DNA from: a virus
Virus record (IMG/VR): IMGVR_UViG_3300017770_000005
Location: 12,051-76,050 of that record
Length of the DNA: 64,000 nucleotides
Strand: one strand, 5' to 3'
In this document: piece by piece, positions 26,933-37,200 of the stretch
How the letters are laid out: every line of letters starts with the position of its first letter
Position numbering within the stretch: the first letter of the stretch is position 1
The notes under the pieces: generated by a model
The model's input: the letters and a program-made list of their open reading frames with translations, nothing else
The model's database searches: none
What the model was told of the DNA's origin: nothing
Position numbers and translations under genes: made by a program

Positions 26933-29900
26933 ATGCCTTTAATTGGTGCTCAGGGTCCTGGATCTAATATTGCGTGGAGAGGTAATCTGGATGAATATCC
27001 AGATTCATTTAGTTTTGTAGAAATTCTTGAAGTATTTCCAGGAACAGCTGCTACTTGTACTCCACAAGTTATTACAGGTATTAACTATAAAGCACTGGTA
27101 ACAGCAGTTGGTTCTGGTGCTTCAGTAAGAGTTACTCCATATATTGAAGAAACTGATTCTTATGGACCAGTGGGACCATTCCTACCTGGTGATGATGTTA
27201 ACAATAACCCTGTCATCATCAGAAATAAGGATAAAATTGAGATTGAAATACTTACTGAGTCACCACAAGTTGGTGGTAGAGGATCATTTAACAGGACATA
27301 TCCTGCAAATATTACTATTGGTAAAAGAGGTCCAGAAGGTTGGTTTATTAAAACAAGGGATTTGGATGATATTCCAATCCCATTTGATTTTGTAGATCTT
27401 AATAATCTTCAAATTAATACTCTTGTTAATAGTGATGTTGTAACAGTTGATGATATTGATAATACTATTGGTGTAGATATTTTTATTGTTGGTACAGGAC
27501 AACTCCAAGTAAATGGAAATGGAACCTGGACGCAAACCGCAAAGATTTTTGATGGGCAGACTCTACAGTTAAGAAACACCACATCAAATTTTTATTCCAC
27601 TCAAGTAGAAACAGTTGTTCAAATCGGTGTTTTCCAGGCTAATTGGTTAATCCAAACTAGACCAGCAGATACTACAATTGTCGATTTTACGTTTAATGAT
27701 ATCGTTGATGTAGATATTAATACAATACATGAAAGTAATTCAATCACTATCAGTGGTGCAGATAATAATTTAAATGGAAATAATCCATTACCTCTTACTT
27801 TCAGTGGTAATGGTCAGTATAGAATCGTCAGAGGTGGTTCTACAGTACAAGACTATACAGATGTATCACCATCCACTTGTAATAATGGTGATATAATTAC
27901 CCTAAAGCAGACAGCATCTGGTAATTATGTTGCAACAACTAATGCGACATTAACTGTTGCGAATCAGTCAGACACTTATTCTGTAACAACTCGACCAAGA
28001 CCGATTGATACAGTTCCAAATCAATATACTTTTACTGATCAAACTGGTGTACTTAGAAATGAATTGATTTATAGCAACATAATTACCCTATCAGGTATGA
28101 CTGCTTTTGGTGATGAAGGTACTGCTACTATTGGTGGGTTTGATGGAGCACGATATCAAGTTACTAGAAATGGAACAGTAGTAAGAAGTTGGACTAAAAA
28201 CTCATTTGGAGTTCAACTTGGTGATCAAATTCAATTAAGATTGACATCTGCAACAACATCTCAAGGCACTAGAAGTGCAACGTTTACTATTGCTGGTACA
28301 AATACATTTAACGTTATTGGTGGAGTTAGTGGATCTACATCAGATACTTGGAATGTAACATCAAAGGCAAGAGATTGTAGTATCACAAGTTTTAGTCTCA
28401 CAAATATACCAGAATCATCATCTACACTAAATCCTGGTCAGCAGGCAAGTACAAACTTTACAATTGGTGGGGGTTTTGAATTTGATTGTGCAGTTTCTGC
28501 AACTACATCTAATGCCAACTCATTCCTTAGAAAGAGAGGAACTACTCAGCAAGGTACAACATTAAACAATCTTGTTCGTGGAGATATCATCGATGTCTAC
28601 ATGACAACTCCATACTTCTGTAGCACTAGAACTACAACAGTAAGTTTGTCTGCAGCATTTACAACTCCTGGATCAGTTAGGTCTACTACTTGGGTAATAT
28701 CACCAAAGGCACCACCAAAACCAACATTAACATTATCTGCAGATAACCTCAATCCACCGTTTGTCTTCCCAGATGGAGGAAGCACTACAATTAGATATTC
28801 ATACACTCATGTTACAAATAGTTCAGTAACTGCCACTGGTCCTGGTGGATTTAGTGGGTTGAATAGTATTCCAGTTACGACTCTAGGTGCTCAAACAAAG
28901 AGTGGAAGTAGAAATGTATCAGATTTATTGCAAGGACAAAGTACATTTAGGTTAACTGTATCTAATTGTACTGGAAGCACACAAGAATCAATTAATGTTA
29001 TTACTGGAGCTCCACCAAATCCAACATTATTCTTCTGTGTTAATAGAACTGCTGTAAATGGTTGCCCCACTACATTTAACTTAGCTAGAGGTGGTAGTGC
29101 AACTTTGTATTGGTCATCATCCAATGCAATTAAAGTAGAAGCTGTACGTGGATCGGGATTTAGTACAGGAAATAGACAATCTGGAAATGACTCAGTTAAA
29201 CCTTCATCTGACGGTGAAATTTATACTGCAAAGGCAACTGGTGCAGGTGTATCACCACAGACAGTTTCAAAGAGTATTACCTTTAGATTTAAACCATCAG
29301 TAACTCTTACCGTATCTCCAGCAAATGTAATTACTGGTAATAATGTAACTGTTACATGGAGTGCTGTTGATGCTGATAGTGTAACATCTAGTAGTGGACC
29401 AAGTTTTAATAGTATTAGTGCATTATCTGGTAGTCAAACAATCAACATGGGTACTAGAGGTAATTATAATTGGTCAATTAGTGTTAAAGATAATGGAACT
29501 GGTGAAACGGCAACTGCTAGTGACTCAACACGAGTAACTGATGACACAACTATTGATAATTATAGTATGAGTCCATCAAGTGAAACTAACCGAAATCTTG
29601 GTGAAAGAAGAGAATCCGAACCAAGGTTCAGTGCTTCTCCCACAAATTCTGTTCATGGACTATCTCCTGGTGTTTCTGTAACTGCCAGAGTTAGTGGTGG
29701 TGGTGCTACATTCGTCAGTGGAGGAACCACAAAAACTGTATCTAATGGTACTTCTTGTAGTAGTTTAAGAATTAAGATGAATGCATCTGGTTCTTTCAGC
29801 ACCACAAAAACTGCTACAATGAACATTGGTGGAGTTAGTAGAACTTTCTCAGTAAGAACAAAATCTTGTACGGTAGAAAATGGTACTGGAACTGTTGGTG

Positions 29901-30943
29901 GATGTACATTAAGGACCAGAAGATTTATCAACAATCATGGTATTAATATCATGGGGGTTAGAGGTATGGATTCTTGTGCTGGAACCACTGGTGGAAGAAG
30001 AGAACAGAGAACTTCAGGAGTTATAGATAGATTTTCAAATCAAAAGAATTCAACATTTACACTACCTCAAGGAACTTCAAGAGTAGAAGCAAAAGGAGTT
30101 GGTGGTGGTGGTGGAGCTGGATGCGACAGAAACGATAGAGATGAAGGTGCTGGTGGTGGTGGAGGAGGTGGATCCTTCAATGTAGAATGGAACCAAGCAG
30201 AGGGTGGAGATACAGTTACATTCTGGGCTGGTAGAGGTGGTAACGGTAAGAGTGGTGATAATGGTGATGGAGAAAGTGGAGAAAGTTCTTTCATTGAAAT
30301 TAGAGGATCTCGCCAAAGAAGCAGAGCAAATGGTGGCGGTGGTGGAGGAGGTAATGAAAGCGGCGGAGGAGGCGGCGGAGGTGGACAAGGAAATGGTTCC
30401 TCTGGCCGTGGTGGTGGTGGAAGAAGAGGTGATGAAGGTGGACATGGTGGTGGTGCCGCTCGTCTAAATGGTGGGCAATGTTCAAATGGATATGCAGATT
30501 CTGGTTCAAAATCATGTGATCAAGGTGGTCCAGGACAAGGAACAGACCAAAGTGGTGGTTGTGGAGGAAACAATCGTCAAGAAAGAGGAACTGAAGAAGG
30601 TTGGTCTGGAAACACTTATGGTGGTGGTGGATCTGGAGGTGGATGTGGAAATGGTGGTGGCAGAGGTGCAGATGGACTCTGCGTTATTCAATATTATATT
30701 GAATTTTCAAGAGAAAGAAAAGCAGACGTTATAAAAAGGGTTAATAGAGCATATTGGGATGACCAAAATAGACCAGCAACTGTTGGTGAAATTAGAGTTT
30801 GGTATCAAAGATTTAGAGATGACCCCAATAACTATCCCACTTTAGATTCAATGTACAATACTATTAAGAGTAATCTTTCTGGATCAAAGAGTGGTGGAAA
30901 TCCAAGAGACAACTGTGGAAATTCCTATCCAAAATTTACATAA
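26933..30943 (+). CDS. Virion structural protein with tandem Ig-like repeats and a Gly-rich C-terminal domain
   Basis: Repeated D..P..F.F.D units of about 100 aa, T/S-rich beta composition, GGGGGAG...GADG..VI Gly-rich domain. Confidence 0.7.
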   Translation: MPLIGAQGPGSNIAWRGNLDEYPDSFSFVEILEVFPGTAATCTPQVITGINYKALVTAVGSGASVRVTPYIEETDSYGPVGPFLPGDDVNNNPVIIRNKDKIEIEILTESPQVGGRGSFNRTYPANITIGKRGPEGWFIKTRDLDDIPIPFDFVDLNNLQINTLVNSDVVTVDDIDNTIGVDIFIVGTGQLQVNGNGTWTQTAKIFDGQTLQLRNTTSNFYSTQVETVVQIGVFQANWLIQTRPADTTIVDFTFNDIVDVDINTIHESNSITISGADNNLNGNNPLPLTFSGNGQYRIVRGGSTVQDYTDVSPSTCNNGDIITLKQTASGNYVATTNATLTVANQSDTYSVTTRPRPIDTVPNQYTFTDQTGVLRNELIYSNIITLSGMTAFGDEGTATIGGFDGARYQVTRNGTVVRSWTKNSFGVQLGDQIQLRLTSATTSQGTRSATFTIAGTNTFNVIGGVSGSTSDTWNVTSKARDCSITSFSLTNIPESSSTLNPGQQASTNFTIGGGFEFDCAVSATTSNANSFLRKRGTTQQGTTLNNLVRGDIIDVYMTTPYFCSTRTTTVSLSAAFTTPGSVRSTTWVISPKAPPKPTLTLSADNLNPPFVFPDGGSTTIRYSYTHVTNSSVTATGPGGFSGLNSIPVTTLGAQTKSGSRNVSDLLQGQSTFRLTVSNCTGSTQESINVITGAPPNPTLFFCVNRTAVNGCPTTFNLARGGSATLYWSSSNAIKVEAVRGSGFSTGNRQSGNDSVKPSSDGEIYTAKATGAGVSPQTVSKSITFRFKPSVTLTVSPANVITGNNVTVTWSAVDADSVTSSSGPSFNSISALSGSQTINMGTRGNYNWSISVKDNGTGETATASDSTRVTDDTTIDNYSMSPSSETNRNLGERRESEPRFSASPTNSVHGLSPGVSVTARVSGGGATFVSGGTTKTVSNGTSCSSLRIKMNASGSFSTTKTATMNIGGVSRTFSVRTKSCTVENGTGTVGGCTLRTRRFINNHGINIMGVRGMDSCAGTTGGRREQRTSGVIDRFSNQKNSTFTLPQGTSRVEAKGVGGGGGAGCDRNDRDEGAGGGGGGGSFNVEWNQAEGGDTVTFWAGRGGNGKSGDNGDGESGESSFIEIRGSRQRSRANGGGGGGGNESGGGGGGGGQGNGSSGRGGGGRRGDEGGHGGGAARLNGGQCSNGYADSGSKSCDQGGPGQGTDQSGGCGGNNRQERGTEEGWSGNTYGGGGSGGGCGNGGGRGADGLCVIQYYIEFSRERKADVIKRVNRAYWDDQNRPATVGEIRVWYQRFRDDPNNYPTLDSMYNTIKSNLSGSKSGGNPRDNCGNSYPKFT

Positions 30944-30994
30944 ATAGGATTAGTAAAAAATAAATTGGGGGGAGAGTGAACCCCAGGAGAATCG

Positions 30995-33900
30995 ATGGGT
31001 ATTAACAAGAATTTTGTCGTTCGTAACGGTCTTGAAGTTGCGAACACCTTGTTATATGCAAATGATGAAACTAATCGTATTGGTATTAATTCAGGAACAC
31101 CCGAACATGAATTGGATGTTGTTGGTGATACCTCACTAGACGGTAAGATCTTTTCACCAGTATCATTTGGTGGAACTAGTGGTGTAACTGGGCAATATCT
31201 TGCATCAACTGGAGAAAAGTGGAAATGGGAATCATTTCCCAGGTCCAGACATACAGAAATATTTACTCTTACTGCAGGACAAACTAGATTACCTCCCACT
31301 GGAAGTTTCGGAACTTTTATACTTACAGAAACCGAACTAACCAGTGTATTCCTTGATGGTGTAAAACTTACTGACGGTGACTATGTAATTAACCCTGGTG
31401 GTGGATCAATCTCACTATTTGCTCCAGCATTTGGTGGTGAAGAGGTAGAACTTATTGGTCATGGTGCTGTTGCTGTTGGTGCAGGAAATACTGGTATCCT
31501 TGGTATTTCTGTTAGAAAAGCAGGTATTGATAGTGGCACTGCTGGTAGAATTAATATTATTGATTTTGTTGGTCTAGGTGTTACTCTAGATTCACAATCG
31601 GGTTTAGTTACAGCATACATCGACTCTGGTGGTCTAACTGCTGTTATCAATGACCCATCACCAACACTTGGTGGTTTCTTAAACTTAAATAATTATGGTA
31701 TTGCTGGTGTAGGTGTTGTCACCGCAACAGAATTTTATGGTGATGGTGCTAATATCACTGGTATTTCTACTCTTAATATTACTGGATATGGCATTGGATT
31801 GGGTGGAGGTTCCAATGCTGGTGCATCTGGAGTATTTGGTGAGGTAAATGATGACTCTGCTGTTGGTATCTTCACTGACAGTGCTGCAGTTGGTCTTGGC
31901 ACAACAAATCCACGAGTCCAAGTAGAAATTGGAAATAGTCAGGGAGAAGTTGCTGGATTAGGAACTAATCTTTGGGTTAATGGTGATGCAAGAATTACTG
32001 GTATTCTAACTGTTGGTTCATCCAGTATTGCAATTGATGGTGTCAATGATGAGATTAGAATTGGTGCTGGTTTCACACTGTCTGCAGATACAATCACTCA
32101 AACTGCAAACCTACAAATCACTGGTATTGTTACTGCAACTGGATTCGATGGTGACTTAGTTGGTCAACATAAAGTCTTCACTGCAGGTGTATCTAATGAT
32201 GATGATTATGATATTGCACTATTCCTCGATCCAGAGCAAGGTGCTCATACATTCAATAGATTTGATCTAGGAGGAAAACTAAGATATAACCCAAATTCTG
32301 GTCAACTTTCAAACTTAGGTGTTACAAGTACCCGTGGAGTATTAGTTACTGCTGGTGCAACGTTTACTGATGAAGTTCAGTTCCAAGGTAATATTCAACT
32401 TGGAAATAATGATCAAGCAATCTTTGGTGCAGGTAATGACCTAAGAATTTACTTTGATGGTACAAATAGTTACATTCAAGATCAAGGTAGTGGTGGACTT
32501 AATATTGATGCAAGTCCATCGGTTACGATTGGACAGTATGGAACTGCTGCAGAAATGGCATCCTTTAGAGTGGGTGCTGGTGTAAGTCTCTTCCATAATA
32601 ATTCTAAGAAGTTTGAAACTACTTCAGATGGTATTGATGTAACTGGCAAAGTAACTGCAGATGACGACATACAATCAGTTAGTGGTAATCAGACAGCAAC
32701 AATAACAGGTAGTGATGATACCAAAAATGATCCAGAATTAGTTCTGTACACAGATAATACATCTGAATTTAGAGGTTCAAGAGTTGAACTTTTAAACTCT
32801 TCAAATGGAACTCAGTTAGCACATTTAAATAATACATCAAGTGCTGGTGGTGGACAATATTTTGCCATAGAAAAAACTGATAATGCTGGTGTTTTCCAGC
32901 AACAGATGGTAATCTACTCTTATCTAAATGATGAGTGGGTGTTTAAAACTGGTTCTGCGGAAGTTGAAAGTCTCACTATCAATAATGGTCAGGTTGGTAT
33001 TGGAACAACAGTTATTACTGATACTCTAACAGTTGATGGTAATATAAGAGCTACTGGAATTAGTTCTGCATTATCATTCTCTGGATCAGGTATTGGTCTA
33101 ACTGGAATGGTTGATGTTGCAGATGGAACCTATGGTGGTTCTACTGTATCACCACAGATAGAGGTGACTGATGGAAGAATTACTGGCATCACTGCAACTC
33201 TCATCTCTGGAGGAGGTGGAGGAGGCGGTGGTGGAGGCACCGAAGTCATCATTGAAGATAATGATAGTCTTGTAGGTACTGCTGGAACAATTAACTTTGG
33301 TTCTGGAATTTCTGTATCCTCTTCAACTGCTGGTGTTGTTACTGTTACTGCTGCATCTGCAGAGGTCATCAATGACACCACACCACAACTTGGTGGTAAC
33401 TTAGATCTCAATAGCAGAACCATTAACGGAACTGGTAATATTAACATTACTGGTAGTTCACGTTTCAATGGTCCTGCTACTTGCACCAGTGATCTTGATG
33501 TAGATGGTGAGATTAAGGCAGGATCTGGTTGTGTTCCAGATACGGATTTGGGTGCTTACTTAGGATCTAGTACTGAAAGATGGACTGCTGCTTGGATTGA
33601 TAATATCGGTATTGGAACAGGAGCTGGTGCATTAATTGCCTCTCACGTAGGTGATCTTTCTATCAGTTGCAATGAATCTACTGGAATTGTATCAGTATCT
33701 ACAGATATTAATGTTTCTGGTGTTGTCACTGCAACAGCATTCTATGGTGATGGATCAAATCTAACTGGTATTGTTGCTGGTGGTGGAAGTGGAACTGGAT
33801 ACTTCGATAACAACCAATCTAATCCTGGTATACATACAACAGCAGCTCATGTTGGTCTCGGAACTACCAATCCAAGAACACCTCTACAAGTTGAAGAAGT

Positions 33901-34234
33901 CTATGGTGTCTACACAGACTATGGATCATTCACAGCAGTTGCAGGTGTTACAACTATAGGTGATGCTTCTTGGGTGATTGCAACGGATGACTTTAAAACT
34001 GCAGAATATACACTGTACTTCAAATATAATGATAACATCCAATCACAGAAAGTTCTATTGATGAACGATGGGACAACTGCATATTCTCAAGAGTATGCGA
34101 TTATGTATAATAATGACCTTCTAGTTTCGGTAGGTGCTACTGTTAATTCTGGAACTTGTGAATTACAATGGACTCCAGAACCAGGAGTAAGTGGTATAGT
34201 CACATATAGAGTAGTAAGGGAGACAATGCTCTGA
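30995..34234 (+). CDS. Tail fibre protein
   Basis: NKNFVVRNGLEV, RIGINS, VGLGTTNP, VTATxFxGDG and NDxxPxLGGxLxLN fibre repeats. Confidence 0.8.
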   Translation: MGINKNFVVRNGLEVANTLLYANDETNRIGINSGTPEHELDVVGDTSLDGKIFSPVSFGGTSGVTGQYLASTGEKWKWESFPRSRHTEIFTLTAGQTRLPPTGSFGTFILTETELTSVFLDGVKLTDGDYVINPGGGSISLFAPAFGGEEVELIGHGAVAVGAGNTGILGISVRKAGIDSGTAGRINIIDFVGLGVTLDSQSGLVTAYIDSGGLTAVINDPSPTLGGFLNLNNYGIAGVGVVTATEFYGDGANITGISTLNITGYGIGLGGGSNAGASGVFGEVNDDSAVGIFTDSAAVGLGTTNPRVQVEIGNSQGEVAGLGTNLWVNGDARITGILTVGSSSIAIDGVNDEIRIGAGFTLSADTITQTANLQITGIVTATGFDGDLVGQHKVFTAGVSNDDDYDIALFLDPEQGAHTFNRFDLGGKLRYNPNSGQLSNLGVTSTRGVLVTAGATFTDEVQFQGNIQLGNNDQAIFGAGNDLRIYFDGTNSYIQDQGSGGLNIDASPSVTIGQYGTAAEMASFRVGAGVSLFHNNSKKFETTSDGIDVTGKVTADDDIQSVSGNQTATITGSDDTKNDPELVLYTDNTSEFRGSRVELLNSSNGTQLAHLNNTSSAGGGQYFAIEKTDNAGVFQQQMVIYSYLNDEWVFKTGSAEVESLTINNGQVGIGTTVITDTLTVDGNIRATGISSALSFSGSGIGLTGMVDVADGTYGGSTVSPQIEVTDGRITGITATLISGGGGGGGGGGTEVIIEDNDSLVGTAGTINFGSGISVSSSTAGVVTVTAASAEVINDTTPQLGGNLDLNSRTINGTGNINITGSSRFNGPATCTSDLDVDGEIKAGSGCVPDTDLGAYLGSSTERWTAAWIDNIGIGTGAGALIASHVGDLSISCNESTGIVSVSTDINVSGVVTATAFYGDGSNLTGIVAGGGSGTGYFDNNQSNPGIHTTAAHVGLGTTNPRTPLQVEEVYGVYTDYGSFTAVAGVTTIGDASWVIATDDFKTAEYTLYFKYNDNIQSQKVLLMNDGTTAYSQEYAIMYNNDLLVSVGATVNSGTCELQWTPEPGVSGIVTYRVVRETML

Positions 34235-37200
34235 TGCATACAGAAGTACATTCCGAGTCTGGCAGAGTCATTGTCATCAGTGACATAGCAGATAATGAAT
34301 CTCAATCGTTTACAGTTGCAATTAGAGATCCCGCCGATTGGCAGGAAATGCATGACTATATTATAAATGAAAATGATCTTGATGGGATACCAAATAGAAG
34401 AATAGATTGTACTGCTGAAATGCCCTTCTCAACAAAAAGGGCAGTGTATCAGATTTCTGTGGAAGAAGCAGAAGTTTTAAGACAACATCCTAAAGTTGAA
34501 TGGGTTGAAGAGTCTTCTACTTATAATCCAACTTGTCTTGAGCAAAGAAAGTATGATGAGAAATTTGATCGTCATGCTGATAAATTTAGATTTAAAGATA
34601 CTAGCATTAGACATCTAAGAGCTGCTGGTACTCCAGGTTCGGATCTAGATTTTACTCAATGGGGTTTACATCGTCATGGATATAAAAATGATCCTTTTGG
34701 ATCAGAAACAAATGCAACAGCAGATATTAAGTACCAATTTACTGGTAAGAATGTTGACGTTGTAATTATGGATACTGGAATTCGTTGGGATCACCCAGAA
34801 TTCTTAAAACCTGGAGTTACAACTTTTGTTGATAAGAATAGTACAAGAGTTAGAGATATTCTAATCCATGGAGCATCTGAATATGGAATTGATTGGGAAG
34901 CAGAAGGATTGATTCCTGCAGGACAATCCACATATTCAAACTATACTGTAGCAAATGTTTTAGAATCAAGTACGTTTGGAAATCCTGGATCTTGGCACGG
35001 ATCTCATGTTGGAGGAACTGCTGCTGGTAATCAATTTGGTGCAGCATTTGAAGCAAATATTTGGTCTATTGCTTGCGTAGATCGTTCTGATGTTGGTTGG
35101 GCAGAACCATCTGATGGATTTGATTATATTAAAGTATGGCATAAAAATAAACCCATCAATCCAGAAACTGGAAAAAGAAATCCAACTATTGTAAATTGTA
35201 GTTGGGGACACAGGCAATTTATAAGAACTGATCTTTCTTCTGAAGCAACATTTAGAGGAGTATCATATGGTGATGGTGGTGATTTTTACCGCAATGAAGC
35301 ATATGACGCCATTTATTACCTAGACTATACGACTTCCGTATATAAAGGATTTACCACTAGAAGAGTAAGTGGTCAAACCATAATGAATGAACTTCTAGAT
35401 GATCCAGATTGTCAGGGTGTAGTTTTTATATGTTCTGCTGGTAATTCTGACCACAAACAAGATACTATTGGTGGCATTGATTATAACAATCGATTTACTT
35501 CAGGATCACTTTATTATAGTACAGCTGGTTATGATAGTTATTTTCATAGAGGAGGAACTCCAGCAGTTGGTCATGAAGGAGCAGCAGATGCAGTAATTAG
35601 TGTTGCTGCTTTATCAGAATATTATAGTAACAGTCAAGAAACATTAGATAGTTATACAAATAGAGGACCAAGAACTGATATATCTGCTGCTGGTGGTGAG
35701 ATTTTGTCTCCATGGGACGCAGGATATGATGATCCAAGAGATACGTCATTCCATAATAATTACTTACAAGGAACAAGTATGGCAGCACCAAATGTAACTG
35801 GTGTTCTTGCTTTATATTTACAATCAAGACCAGATGCAACAAGAGTTGATGCTAGAAATTGGTTATTTGACCATGGATCTATAGTAGCACCACTAAGAGA
35901 TTCTGAACCAGACTTTACGGATTCTAGTTATTGGGGAAGTAGTACTGCACTGAGAAATACAATTCCAAGAGTTCTTTTCAATCCATTTGCAAATAATGAG
36001 AGAGTTTCAATTGTTCCTGGAGTTGAGCAAATTATCAAAGAAAATCTAGTTATGGAACTGGATGGTGAAAAAGAAGAAATTGTAGATAATATATGGAGAG
36101 ATACAAGTCGTAATGGTTCTAATAATCTCGCAACATTAGATCCTGGTGTTGATTACTTTGGTGATCGTTACTCTTATCAATTTAATGGTAATGCTAAGGC
36201 AAGTATAGCCAATAATAGTGACTTCCAATCTATTGGAGAATTTACTATTGAACTTTGGTATAATCAACATACACACTCACTATCAAATGTATATCCAACA
36301 GTAATTTTTGGATCATGGAATGCTCTTGAAGTTGATGATAATGAGTTTGCAATTTACCAACAACCAGATGGCACATTGACATATGAACTTGCAGGTGGTT
36401 CTGCAAATTCTGGCATCACATCTACACATCAAACAACACCACAACTGAATACTTGGAATCATGTTGTTCTAACAAGAACTAGTAATAAAATTGATTTTTA
36501 TCTGAATAAAGAAAAAACAACATATCAAGGAATTTATTCTCCAAATATTACTTGCACTCTTGAAGCAAGAGTCGGAACAGACAACAGCACTGGAGATTTT
36601 ATTAATAGAGTTACTGGTATTAGTGCTGGATCTGGGTATGAAACAGTACCAACAGTTAATGTTGTGAACCCTGGTGGTGCAACAGGTGCTACCTTTGTTG
36701 CATCATTAAGCACTCAAGGAACTTTTAAAAGATTTGAAGTTACTAGTGGTGGATCTGGATACACATATCCACCTGTTGTAACACTTGGTGGTGGTATGGC
36801 AGATGTTGGTGCTACCGCAGCAATTACTGCTGGTGTTGTTACGTCAATTTCCCTTGATGGTATTGTTTATGATACTACTAATTCCGATGATATCTTTCAG
36901 TTTGGTAGTGGAACTAGTATTGCAAGTAATGGATCTGGTAATGGAGAGCAGGGTGGATTTGACATTGGTGGAACACACTTAAGATTTGGTGATTCTGATG
37001 GTGGTATCCGTGCAGTTGTTGTAAATCCAGTCGATGCCACAGATTTTGATACTATTAGAATCTATGCTATTCGTGGTGATGACTTTAATGGTGGTGAACT
37101 TCCTGAGGGAGATTCTGGTGACGAAAGTCTAAGACTTTCTTATAATATTGGTGCTGGAGTTACTGATTCTTGGACAGATGCTGGTATCATTATTTGGCAT

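Noticed and set aside
34234-36000. S8 protease as a furin-like enzyme cutting the RxxR repeats of the Arg-rich fibre
   Set aside because: GTSMAAP is the subtilisin-type rather than kexin-type signature and the genes are about 15 kb apart; there is no direct support
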